DNA of 64,000 bases from NCBI RefSeq assembly GCF_002113885.1, contig NW_018408761.1, positions 2,096,555 through 2,160,554 of the forward strand. The letters run 5' to 3'. The DNA is from Mizuhopecten yessoensis. Its lineage: Eukaryota. The position numbers and the translations under genes were made by a program. This document shows, in pieces, positions 1 to 11,334 of the stretch (position 1 is the first letter of the stretch; each line of letters begins with the position of its first letter). The notes under the pieces are model-generated. The model was not told where the DNA came from. It saw nothing but the letters and a program-made list of their open reading frames with translations, and searched no databases.

Positions 1-847
1 ATGAATAACAAAAGTCAACATCACACTGGCTTTTTATAAGGTTTTATTCATTTTGGCATAACATTCAATATATTTTTGCCAACACCATTAAAATATCAGG
101 GGATCAATAAAGACCCTTAGTGCTTCTTTTTCAGAAATCATATATTCATGTAATTGCTTTCTGTCAACTCTCTCTTTGACATAATTAATATTTTACAAAA
201 ACAGAGGCCCATTAATAACTCCTCTGAGGTATGGTCCCACTCAACTACCATATCCATTGTACTTAGTACTGTGGTTTGGGGCTTTCTAAGCATAAGTTCA
301 CAATAGGAATTAAGTAAACTTTGAGGACAATTCCATCGCCCAAATCATGCTATGCGCCAAGCAAAATTCATGAAATTGTCATACAAACAATAAATGTTAG
401 CAGAAATCCCTTACTTCAGTCTGGTCTGCTTCATACATGTATGCATTAATAGATTAAAAATAGTGTTAAGATAAAAACAACAAGCTTACCAAACAGTATA
501 CCTATAGGTTCAGAATTCCTGGTGAAGGTCTTTTTTTTGTATAACAGTTCTCTATTGATTAACAAAAAATGTTGATGAAAACAGGTATCCGATATCTTTC
601 CTCGCATGTTTGCTTTTCTGAGAAAAAATATAGGGAAAAAGTAAATATTTTGCTGGTTTTTTCTGAATAGCCAGTCAAAATGCATTTAAAATGTTGAGCT
701 AATTCTGACCGTTGGAATGAGATAAATATGCTTTCATGTCCAGGTGTGAAAGTAAAAAAAACAATTCGGGATTTCCAAATTGGGGCAAAATCCTCCACAA
801 GCCTTTAGCTAGGGTGAAATATCCATAACCTGCACAAAGTCTTCCAT

Positions 848-1168
848 TTTTAGCTCGCCTGTTCGAAGAACAGACAGCTATAGCGATACCCCCGGCGTGA
901 GTGTCAGCCTGAAAATGTTAAAGTTTTACCTGCAAGTTATTTAGAAGCTTGTCATTCATTAAATATGTGTACTAGGATGCTGATATTTTGCAAAGAGGTT
1001 CCTGTGGGGTTAAATATTAATGAAGTGAAGTTAAAATAAAAAAATAATTTTTTTTTTTTTTTTTAGACTTTTGACCTGTTTTGAACTTTACATTTTTACA
1101 AACAAAATTTTGAATACAATGAAAGTTTGAACAGGCGAGCATTTGGTGGCTTTGACACCATCTCTGGT
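848..1168 (+). mobile_element. Non-autonomous Helentron/HINE (DINE-1-like) element
   Basis: Starts TTTTAGCTCGCCTGTTCGAA, with the matching subterminal inverted repeat TTTGAACAGGCGAGC at 1126-1140 followed by a short 3' stem-loop and TT. A partial copy lies at about 22725-22930. Confidence 0.55.
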
Positions 1169-1218
1169 TAACCATCTCTGGTTAATCGCCATAATGAAGA
1201 TAGAACAATAATAGGATT

Positions 1219-2595
1219 TCATGACTTTATGATCTTATCTAATGCTTTGGCATATGCTTCAGAATTAAGATCAATGTCATCTGAATGTTCCTGAAACAAG
1301 TTATGTAAAGTTCCAAGTGTCGCTGAACGACCAGTCCTATTTTTCCATCTGACAATAAGTTGATGTATGACGGTAGATCCTCCATATTTCTCGTTGTCGG
1401 CCTGGACTTGTGAGATTTCTACGTCATTAAAACCAAGACAAGCACCAAATGCAATTAATTTTTGAGGTGGAAATGTTTTTGAAAGGAACATTGCATATTT
1501 ATCTGTCACCGATTTGATTTTCAATTTTTCAGGAATCTCTGGATAGCGGTCATCACCTGTACAAATATAATAACACAGAATACACTTCGGACACGCATAC
1601 ATTTAGTATCAACTTCAGAGTATTCCGTCTTTGCGTATTGCAGAGTTATCTTCTCTTTAGAGCAGGTATTGATTGTTACATCATTTGTTTTTGAGAGTAA
1701 CGTCATCAATATTTGAGAAAACGACGCAATTTTCTCACACAAACCAATGACGTAACAATCATTACCTGCTCACAAGTGAAGATAACTCTGCAATACGCAA
1801 AGACGGAATTGAAAGGTTGTGACACTTAATACAATCTAAATTGCTTTTTCCTATACTGAAAAGGAATACCATTTTCTATGCACCGACAAAATTTATTTAC
1901 ATTTTATTCCGGAACTTATTAATGGAAATAAAAGTTAGTTAAGAAACAGTTAATTGTATCTGTCACTTATTAGATACATCCAGCTTTTCAGTGTGAAATG
2001 GACTGACTTTTTTTAACAAACATTACAACCAACAGGTTATAAGTGAAAACCATTATCCAAAGTTGTGTTTCTTATAACAGAAAGTGATGAAATGTCAACA
2101 TTTTGATAGTTACATATACTTAGGTGTCATTCATCAGAGAAAAAAAACATATATATAAAATCCTGGGTTATAGCTAGGTAACACTATAAAGTCTAATAGA
2201 ATGATGTAATTTGTATGAAAACCGTCTTTAATAGAGTGAAGTAATTGAAATAATTTACCTGCTCCATTTTCTGAGACCTGAATAGGTCTTTTCTCGGTTT
2301 CTCTAATTTTCTTAGCCAAATCTTCGTTACTATGTTCTGCCAATTGGTTAAGAAAAAAGTCAAATATTCCAGCTTTTGATCTTTTTTGGTGGAGGAGCAT
2401 AACAAGTCGTTCTATTTGGTCTTGGGGAGTTTTTCCCCTCATAATATCTTCTACTACATCTTCAATGGAAAAATAACCTTGGTCAACAAAATAGTCCATA
2501 ATGTCATCAGCTTGAACATTTTTCACTATTTCTGCATAATTTGCCTCTATTTTCTTGACCTGCTCTGGAGTCATTGAAGTTGCTGTCTGTGCCAT
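1219..2595 (-). CDS. CARD + Death-domain adaptor protein, copy 1 (RAIDD/CRADD-like architecture), 224 aa; coding exons 2595-2259 and 1556-1219
   Basis: The exon after acceptor tatag|G AAA ATG encodes a CARD-like helical domain (MAQTATSMTPEQVKKIEANYAEIVKNVQADDIMDYFVDQGYFSIEDVVEDIMRGKTPQDQIERLVMLLHQK) and ends in phase 1 at G|gtaaat. The next exon, after tacag|, starts in phase 1 and encodes a Death-domain-like segment (LG..DVEISQVQADN...LIVRWKNRTGRSATLGTLHNLF) ending in TGA. 337+338 nt = 225 codons. Domain calls are from motif recognition. Confidence 0.8.
1622..1809. mobile_element. Palindromic MITE (~190 bp) in the intron of CARD-DD copy 1
   Basis: Long terminal inverted repeats ATTCCGTCTTTGCGTATTGCAGAGTTATCTTC...GAAGATAACTCTGCAATACGCAAAGACGGAAT. 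Absent at the homologous intron site of copy 2 (~8625). A second copy lies at 53682-53860. Confidence 0.75.
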
Positions 2596-3702
2596 TTTCC
2601 TATAAGAAAGTATTTGAAGCATCATGTAACAATTGAAAACTTGTATAAAATTGTTACCAACAAATTTGGAATTTAAATATAAAATAGTACCTTCGATTAA
2701 AATTAAGACAAAAATATCCTACTTTGTTTTCCAGTTCCTTCATAAAAATCAAACCCAATTATCCCACCAGTTGGGTTTAAGCAAGAGGTCCAATGGCCTT
2801 TAATTGCTCACCTGGCTATTTTTGAAATCAACTTGATATCTGCTTCTTAGTTTGTGAGCAGAATTAACCCCCAGTTATCTCAGCTAGCCCCTCTATTTGT
2901 GTAACTTTGGGGTTAATGAAATAGTGTTTTATCAGTTTGTAATTTAACTGATGTGCAGTAATAGAACATAGCGATTTTTTTTATTTATTTACCTGTATTT
3001 GATCCGAAACACTCATTCACCCCTGAAGACACATTTGAACTCTTCCAATTCAAAGGTTGGAATAGCTCATTATGCAATTTCAGGGGTGAATGAGTTGAGG
3101 AATATATCAATTATGAATCAAATATTGATCTTGTTTTTAAAAAGTCACTTCCATACTTTTTCATACTTTGGTAAATATATTTAGCATATCTCTCTTTCTC
3201 TTTTAATTTAATATCATCTCATGATCTGTAACTTTGCTAATTTTATAGACATATTAGATATCTTCCTATCAATTTTCTGTACACAGAAGTTGGACCCCTG
3301 ATTTCCAAATTTGTAGGTGCAATATCAGAGATAAATAGTTCCATCCGTAACATGTCATCAAGAGCGGCCTGAGTTTCCATAGCAACTTTAAACAAATATA
3401 TACATGTTTTCAAGATGTTATCGACATACGCTTTTTAAAATAATGTACAAAAACAAAGTAGACTAGATACATGTATATGATAATAACAACAGCTGATTAT
3501 TGACAAATATCTGTCTTCCCGGAAATCAAAAACGCGTTTCTACATATCCTGTTTGCTGGTTTGTGCCTCGCAACACGGTGTTTGCAACGATGAGGAAACC
3601 ACATAAGCGTAGTGACCAACAATAGTATATATTTAGAGTATTGAGAAGGCTAAATTCTATACAAATAATGGATTCGATTAAAAAACATCTAAAAAATTGT
3701 AC

Positions 3703-3780
3703 CTGTTTGTCCGTTTATTCCAACTCGTTTACTTTCGGTTTCAATGTTTAAGCGCAATACTGACCGTGATCATATATATA
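3703..3780 (-). other. Putative non-coding 5' exon of CARD-DD copy 1 (5' boundary approximate)
   Basis: The CARD exon starts with an acceptor only 4 nt before its ATG, so an upstream exon is required. A donor CAG|GTACAA at 3702 is conserved as CAG|GTGCAA at 27320 in copy 3. Confidence 0.4.
3731..3743 (-). promoter_or_regulatory. ISRE/IRF-binding-like motif TGAAACCGAAAGT near the predicted 5' end of CARD-DD copy 1
   Basis: Matches GAAANNGAAAGT. A second GTTTCGGTTTCA lies at 4471-4482 and is conserved at about 28153 upstream of copy 3. Confidence 0.35.
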
Positions 3781-4056
3781 GTACTGCTGTAATGGAACAA
3801 TTTGTTGCTCGACCCGTACCCGTGTTACACATATGTTCGATAAGAAAGCAAACGATTCGGAAATGTTTGAAATGCTGATCCGCGGTTTTAGAATGTTTTA
3901 AAAAATGATATCACTTTTTCACAAGTGTAACAGTAAATGCGATTTGTTTATTGAGTAAACGTTTTCATTTAAATTCCGCCAATTTGATAATGACAAGACC
4001 AATTCCCTAAAGATGGTGGATTTTTGTGGGAAAGTTAGAAAAAAAAATCAATGAAA

Positions 4057-4290
4057 GGGTGGTCGGGTGCAGTGGATAGCGCACCTGCTTTTCACCAAGG
4101 CGGCCGGGGTTCGACTCTCCGATCGGACGTGAAAAGGTATGGGGTCACCTGCCCTACCACGTGAGTTTTCTCCAGGTACTCTGTTTTCCGCCAACAATAA
4201 TACCCGCGCGCGCTAACAACCGGGCCAACAAGAATAATTAATATAAATTGAACTAACTTGTTTCATAATTGTTGTAAAATAAATGAAGGA
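4057..4290 (+). mobile_element. tRNA-derived SINE with V-domain core
   Basis: tRNA-like head with A-box and B-box (GGTTCGACTC), the V-SINE-like core GTGAGTTTTCTCCAGGTACTCTGTTTTCC and an AATAAA-containing tail. Related copies at ~27757-27960, ~52740-52870 and ~60210-60285 (-). Confidence 0.7.
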
Positions 4291-5919
4291 TATATATATA
4301 TAGGAATTAGGCACAGGTAAATCTGACAACTTATATATATTAGTCCGTCTCCCAACATATACACTATACAATTACCATAGCTAACTGATGGTTACAAAAA
4401 GTTTACTCATTATGATTGAAATGAAACGGCAAAGAAGAAGGAGGAGGTAGAAAGAGGAATAGGAGAGGATGTTTCGGTTTCAATATTTGTCGGATCATCG
4501 CCTCTCATATCCCTCCTTTCATCTCTTTTGAAGCACTGATTGTACGATTCATGAACCCATCTCATCATTTTTTGATAAACTTGACCGTTCTAATTGACCT
4601 ACCAAAATGGTTGATAGTAAACGGTTTGTTTTTTATATAACTGAATACCCTTATCTTATATGAAATTATTATACTACCCTTGTTATCACCCACTGCACCT
4701 GTAAATAATTTTCACTAGTTATTGAGAAACAAGTCTTCTTCGATACCTCCTAATGCAACCGGAAGTGAAGTGGACAGAATTAAGAAGCACCTCAAAAAGC
4801 GACTGACGCTTACAACGGTGTCATAATCAATGAACCAAAACAATGCGATTTGTTTGTGGTCTGTATGACGTCTCTTCTAAAAAAGGAGGCCATAATGTTA
4901 TCTCGGCAATGAATGGCGGCTCAATTTGTTTTGTTTCCAAATAATCATATCATTATTATCTATAAAGAGTGAAAAGTAAATCCGTTAAAACTATAGTTGT
5001 CCCCTTGTCCCCGAATCTGTCATTGGATTCTATTCCATTTTTATCTCGCGAATGAATTAAAGGATGACTCGGAAATACTGGTATGTTACCCGTTACACAA
5101 ATAAAACAAGTGATGTATTTAGAAAAGTACTATTGTTTTTGTGCCGGCATCTCATTTTAATTTAACAAAGGGTAGCAAAGCTTACAGCTTTGTATATTAA
5201 AAGGTATTATACTGTATGTATACATTATAGGTTAGGAAATCATATCACTTTTTCTATAATTCCACTCCCTCTTTTTCAAAATTACATTGTTTTTAGGTCG
5301 AGGTAAGGTTATACATTACCTCACAAAAATACCCTGTTGATTTCCCAAAAGGGTGACCAGCGACCAATGTTTGACAGATGGGGGAATGCGTACCTACCTC
5401 CAAATAAGGACAATGACTTAAGCTTCCAGAGTTTATGCTTGATATTAACAATTATTACATGAATGCAACGTTAAATTATGTTTATTACTATTATATAAGA
5501 TCGTTCTCAACCAAACTTATTAACAATTTCAAAATATTCAGTGGATGCACAAAACATTAGGATAATATATACTAGTAAGAATATTGTATGTTAAACTTAA
5601 TTTTATTTGGAAATTAAAGTAAAACACATTCATATGTCACTTTAAACATGTGGTTGATTCTTCGCCAATGCAAACAATCATGAATACTTTAGGCATAGTT
5701 GACATTTTTCACTTTATATGTAATAAATGTATTAAATTGAAGTGTGATCGTTTTTAATTAAGGACAAAGTCACGTAGTTCACATCAATTCAAAGTTTTAT
5801 TTGGCGTCTGTTTATATTTTAACAATACATCATTGGCTTCAAGGAGCTATTGAAGCCGATTATACTGAAGGCAATCACGTACAAAACAAATTCAAAGACA
5901 TCACATATTATACAGTTAT

Positions 5920-6051
5920 AGAATGGGTATGCCGGAAATAGCAAATGTATGGTCCCCCGAGGTGAAAAAATATCCTAAAGTGGTGAAGCCGCCGAGGGAA
6001 ATAGTTTTTCACCAAGAGTGACCATAAAGCTATTTCCCGAATGACCCATTC
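5920..6051. repeat. ~130-bp imperfect palindrome (hairpin-forming MITE-like end)
   Basis: AGAATGGGT..GGAAATAGC..TATGGTC..GGTGAAAAA pairs with TTTTTCACC..GACCATA..GCTATTTCC..ACCCATTCT. Confidence 0.55.
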
Positions 6052-6077
6052 TCCGATCCGCCTACAAATAGTCATGC

Positions 6078-6340
6078 GGGAGTAGTCGTCTTTCTGGCAG
6101 GGAGTAGTCCTATTTTGGGGAGGGAGTAGTCCCATTTCTGGCAGGGAGTAGTCCTATTTTGGGGAGGGAGTAGTCCCATTTCTGACAGGGAGTAGTCCTC
6201 TTTCTGGCAGGGAGTTGTCGTCTTTCTGGCAGGGAGTAGTCCCATTTCTGACAGGAAGTAGTCGTCTTTCTGACAGGGAGTAGTCCTATTTTGGGGAGGG
6301 AGTAGTCGTCTTTCTGACAGGGAGTAGTCGTCTTTCTGAC
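6078..6340 (+). repeat. ~22-bp tandem repeat (GGGAGTAGTCGTCTTTCTGGCA), about 12 copies
   Basis: Directly visible. It explains the spurious repetitive ORFs 5908-6344 and is absent from the paralogous block at ~29470. Confidence 0.9.
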
Positions 6341-7975
6341 ACAAATGGTTTAAGTGATTTTAGGAAAATAGGACATTTAATCGTATTATTTTATAAAGGG
6401 AAAACTCCGTAGATGTATAATAATATTCATATATTTGTTCATACAGCAGTAAACTATTGGCTTGGTAACAGGTGTGCAAGGGTTTGTCGCTCATTGACCT
6501 GCGTAATTGTTATTGAAATTGAAAGTTGTACTGTAAAAAATAAACCTGATGAATAACAGGCACTTTCTGACATCGTGATTCTAAACTAGATCTATGTAGG
6601 CTGTCTGCATGTAGTTCATGTGCATAGTGGTCAATACAGAGACGTATATGTAATATACACGTCTCTGGTTAACAACCATTTCGGTTTAAAATATTCTAAT
6701 ACAAACAAAAGATAGGATAAAAAAGTATATATCTATAATATGTGGAAAAGCTTTCAAAAAGCTTTACTGTACAAACAAAAAATAACTGATTGATGCAAAA
6801 TCTCGATCAGATTCAAAGGATGTTTTATCAAAGTCTTTTATCTACATACATATTATTAAAACAATCTGAGTATTAAAGTTAAAATACATAGTAGATCGAC
6901 AACCTTAAATAATGTTGAGTTACCAGAGACAACGATAACTATCACTATAACGTATGTTACATCTTAGCTGTACCAGGTGTGGCAGCATACGTGAATCACA
7001 TCACATCATAAATATAACACACATACCAGCTTTTCTGTTAAAGCGAAGTATGTTTACAATTGTTACAATTTGCTATCGAGATATTATATTGTTACACAAT
7101 AAGATCACTCGGTACTAATGAAATATGATCGAAAAACACATCATAAAATACTAATTATATGAAAAAATCTTCCTCCTTTTTAACATATCTGAGCAGAACT
7201 TGGCTGTTATTTGATTAATATTGGCATTATCTAGGATCACAGTAATCATATGCATAACTTCCAGATCATCAAAGTCAGATTAACACTGTTCACATTTTTT
7301 ATGCAGACTACATTCATTTCCGACCAGTTAATAAAATACCAGCGTGGATACTGAATGTGTTCTCTGGCATTCGTTGGCTAACCACAAAATGACGTCATTA
7401 CTTTTCTTTCATGAATGAAATGTAATGCATGGTTGCGCGGCGAAAGCATTTGCATGTTTTATCAATGAAATTCAAAATTCACCCACCAGATGGCATCACC
7501 ATAGGAAGTGCAATTCTAGTATATGCGATCAGACATTGTAGTATATGCGATCCCTCGACACCTGCGTCACCAAACGCATGTGTCAAAAACAACAAGCTGA
7601 CCAAACTCAATGTATAGTTTCAAAAATCCTGTTGAAGGGCTTTGTTTTGTACAACAGTTTTCTGTTGATTATAAAAAATGATGATGAAAAAGGGTATCCT
7701 AAATCTTGCTCACAGGTTTGCTTTTCTAAAAGAAATATGGGGAGGAAAAGTAGTTCTTTTTCTTTTCCTTAATAGCTAGTCAACACCCCTTTAAAATGTT
7801 TCTGAACGAGAGAAACATATATTTTAATGGCCAGGGGATTTCTAAATTGGGGCAAAATCCCCGGCAAGCCTTTAGCTGGTTTTATCTGGAAAACCCTCCT
7901 CGTGTGGAATTTCCCTATCCTGCAAAAGTTTTTTACATTTCTAATTTACATAATGAAGGAAAGGACAATGTGATT

Positions 7976-8316
7976 TCATGACTTAATTTTGATCTTGTTT
8001 AATTCTCTTACATATGCTGGAATGATAAGACCAATTTCATCTGAATGTTCCTGAAACAATTTCAGTAGTGTTCCAAGTGTCGCTGAACCACCAGTCCTAG
8101 TTTTCCATCTGAGGATAAGCATTAGTATGACGGTAGATATGCCACTTTTCTCATAGTCGGCATTGATTTGTGAGATTTCTACTTCACCAATACAAAGACG
8201 ATTACCAAATGCAATTAACTTTTCGGGTAGAATTGTGTTTGAAAGGAACATAGCATGCTCTTCTGTCACGCTTTTGATTTTTAATTTTTCAGGAATCTCT
8301 GGATATCCGTCACCAC
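7976..8316 (-). CDS. Orphan Death-domain exon, CARD-DD copy 2 (intact reading frame, no own CARD exon found)
   Basis: Acceptor tacag| at 8317-8318, phase-1 start, open frame GGDGYPEIPEKLKIKSVTEEHAMFLS...LILRWKTRTGGSATLGTLLKLF...KIKS*. Intron homology to copy 1 stops at ~9015, about 100 bp short of where the CARD exon should be. Confidence 0.65.
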
Positions 8317-11300
8317 CTGTACAAATATAATAACACAGTATACATTATTAATTCATCGCTATGTACAATATAATTTCATGTTTCCTCATTAAGGAAAGTA
8401 TAAACCTTATATTATGATTAACAATTTTTGAACTGTTTCGTAAATTGATGACTTAAAAGGTGTAACATGTGCATGCATTGATAATTTCAAAGTAAATCTG
8501 GATTTTATCTATCTAAAATGTGCAAAGCGATGATTATATTTCAATACCTATACGTTTATCTTGATCATTATCCATGTCATTTATGTTGGAGATGTATGTG
8601 GACATGCATACCTTTAAGTATCAACTTCATAGGAGTGTAAGGTTGTGACACATTCAACCTAAATTGTTATTTCCTATTCTGAAAAGGAATTCCACTTTCT
8701 ATGCACTGAAAACAATCCCTTTTATTCCGGCACGGAATCTAAGTCCGTGATTCCGGAACTTATTAATGTAAATAAAAGTTAGTTTAAGAAACAGTTAATT
8801 GTATTTGTCACTTACGACCTTTTTGTGAATTAGATACATCCAACTTTTCAGTGTGAAGTGAACTGACTATTATCAACAAACGTTACAATTAAAAGATTAT
8901 AAGTGATTTTTTTTTTATCCAAAGTTGTGTTTCTTATAACAAAAAGTCACGAAATGTCAAACGTTTGATAGTCACTTAGGTGTCATTCATCAGAGATATA
9001 AAACACATATAAAATACGGAGTGGCTATCGATCATTTTCATGACACTCGGGCTAGATAACGAAAAAACGGTGTGCCGGGTAGCGGATCCCGGAAAGTTTT
9101 TATGCGGCGTGAGTAATAGTGTGTGTGGTTGTGTGTATCCGGATAGGGCTAACAACGACAAAATAAGCTTTGCACAATACTAATTAGTTATTAATATTAC
9201 GCGAATGGATAAGTTACCAATTTTAACAAAGTGTACAGGTATATGCACTTTATTAAACGTGTTTAGCTACGTGGTTGTTATACGGAAAGGCCGAGTGCGA
9301 GGACTGCCAGTGTACGGGACATACATTGTATTGTGTAGTTGTCATGATATGATTTAAAGCTAAAGTGAAAAACAATTATCTGTATAAGTGAGACATTTCA
9401 GTATTTGTATCGATAAAATTTGAGCGATAATGCAAAGTAACCAACACATAGAAAACTGAGCGTTATTGATTGCTGTCGACTTTCCCGAGGTTTCAAAGTG
9501 CATTCGTTTGGTTTTGTAATACATACAAGTTGCTATCAGTATACAATGTTCACTGCTTGCCAATGTCTATTTGAGACAATTGAACTCATTACATCACCTA
9601 TAAATATATGAATTAGTATCACCTTGTTGTTGACCGGTCGGGATGCACTTGTCAGCAACGGGAAATGGAAAACTCACAAATTGCTTCATTGAGATAAATA
9701 ACTCATAGGCATGTTTTTTTCTTCAAAATAGTGTATTTGTATGGGTACTTAAAGTTTTTCAGATGGTTTTTAATATATCTAAGTCACAAAAGGGCCATTC
9801 ACCTGAGTTAAATTACATGTTACCAAAAAAACGTCTTCTGACTGTGGATTGACTTTTACAAAATTAAGTTGAGGAGTGACCAAAATTTCAAAAGAAATAG
9901 TAAACATTAGTTATAACATAAAATAATATTGAAATAAAGTAAAGATAACCCCAAAATGGGGAACAGTATTTCCCATTGAAAATCAACAAAATATCCCCAA
10001 TAAAATAAAATTCCATGAGTGACTCAGGTGACCTGAAAATCAATTTAGATTTCTCTTCAAAAGTTATATTGGTCATCTTTCATGATGTTCTACTATTAAA
10101 AACCAGTGCAGTAGTGTAATTCTGCAGTTTTCAGCATTTACCCTTAAGCCTAACGTGAAAAAATCCAATTCCCAAAGGAACAAAATCTTTAAATGTATCC
10201 TCCAATTTAACACTTTTCTTGCTGAACAGCCAAATATTAAGTCTGAAACTAGTTGACATATGTCACAATTCAGGTGTTGCTAAGTATTGCAAGTGGCATG
10301 ATTCCATCTAATACAGAGGAATTTACAAAAAGTCTCAAATCTAAATATTTCTTCTCGGGAAGTTATTTTGGTTATCTTCTATGACTTTATATGCCAGTAA
10401 AACAGTATATTATGAGTAAATCTTCATGTATTGAACAAGCGTATTTTGAAAAATATTTTGTTTTCAAATTTCAGCATATTCCCTCATTTCTTCTTTCCGA
10501 AAAAAGCATAATAGCAAGATATTCCTCATATACAAATTAATACATTTTCATAATTAACAGGTCAATATTTAGTCTGAAATGAGTTTAAATGTTTCGATTT
10601 CAGCTTTTATCAAATAATGAAAGAGGCAATATACCAGCTGATACACGAAAAAATCTCACAATTTTACATTTTAAAACAATACTTCAAATGTGAAATCACA
10701 TGTAGATTTTCTCATTTTGTTCCTCTATGAAATATTTCCTTTCTCCCAAAACAAATTTAAAACTTATAACAATCTTCAATAAACAGGTCAAATTAACCAA
10801 GTTAATAGATTAATTACTCAATTAAAAAAGATTGTTGTGCATATATTATTTTCCCTTTTGAAGATACGTCTATTCAAGTGATGACTTGATTAAGAATTAA
10901 AGGCATATGCCATATGTTGTGTTATTAAGAGTTGTGTACATGTACACATGCCATCAATGACATCAGATATGGTTTCATGATCATTCTCAATTGGGCAAGC
11001 ACAGTAACACACTTATTAACCAAACAAAATTGTAATCATATGTAATTTGGTTGTGATTATTTATAGGTGTAAGACATTAAAACTGCACAAATAAAGGGAA
11101 TGATAGCCCTTTTGTTTATGAAAGGGAATGTTTGGTAATGACAATGACAATTGTTTTATTCTTACAAGCAATACAGTGTAGAGAATACATATATACAAGT
11201 GGGTGACAATAATACATGGTGGAACAGGATGGACATTAGTATTGTTAACTAATTAACTCATTAATATCGGTAATAAATTTAGCCAATGATATAAATTCAT

Positions 11301-11334
11301 GTTGTGTTACATAATTGAATAATGTATGAAATTT

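Noticed and set aside
768-776. NF-kB-like motifs downstream of each DD exon (768-776, 7906-7915, 22633-22641)
   Set aside because: They lie in the likely 3' UTR inside duplicated, repeat-like sequence, and the exact sites are only partly conserved between copies; insufficient support.
446-798. ORFs repeated at 22347-22747 and 7545-7981 as a conserved small gene
   Set aside because: Frames and strands are not preserved between copies; this is duplicated non-coding 3' flank.
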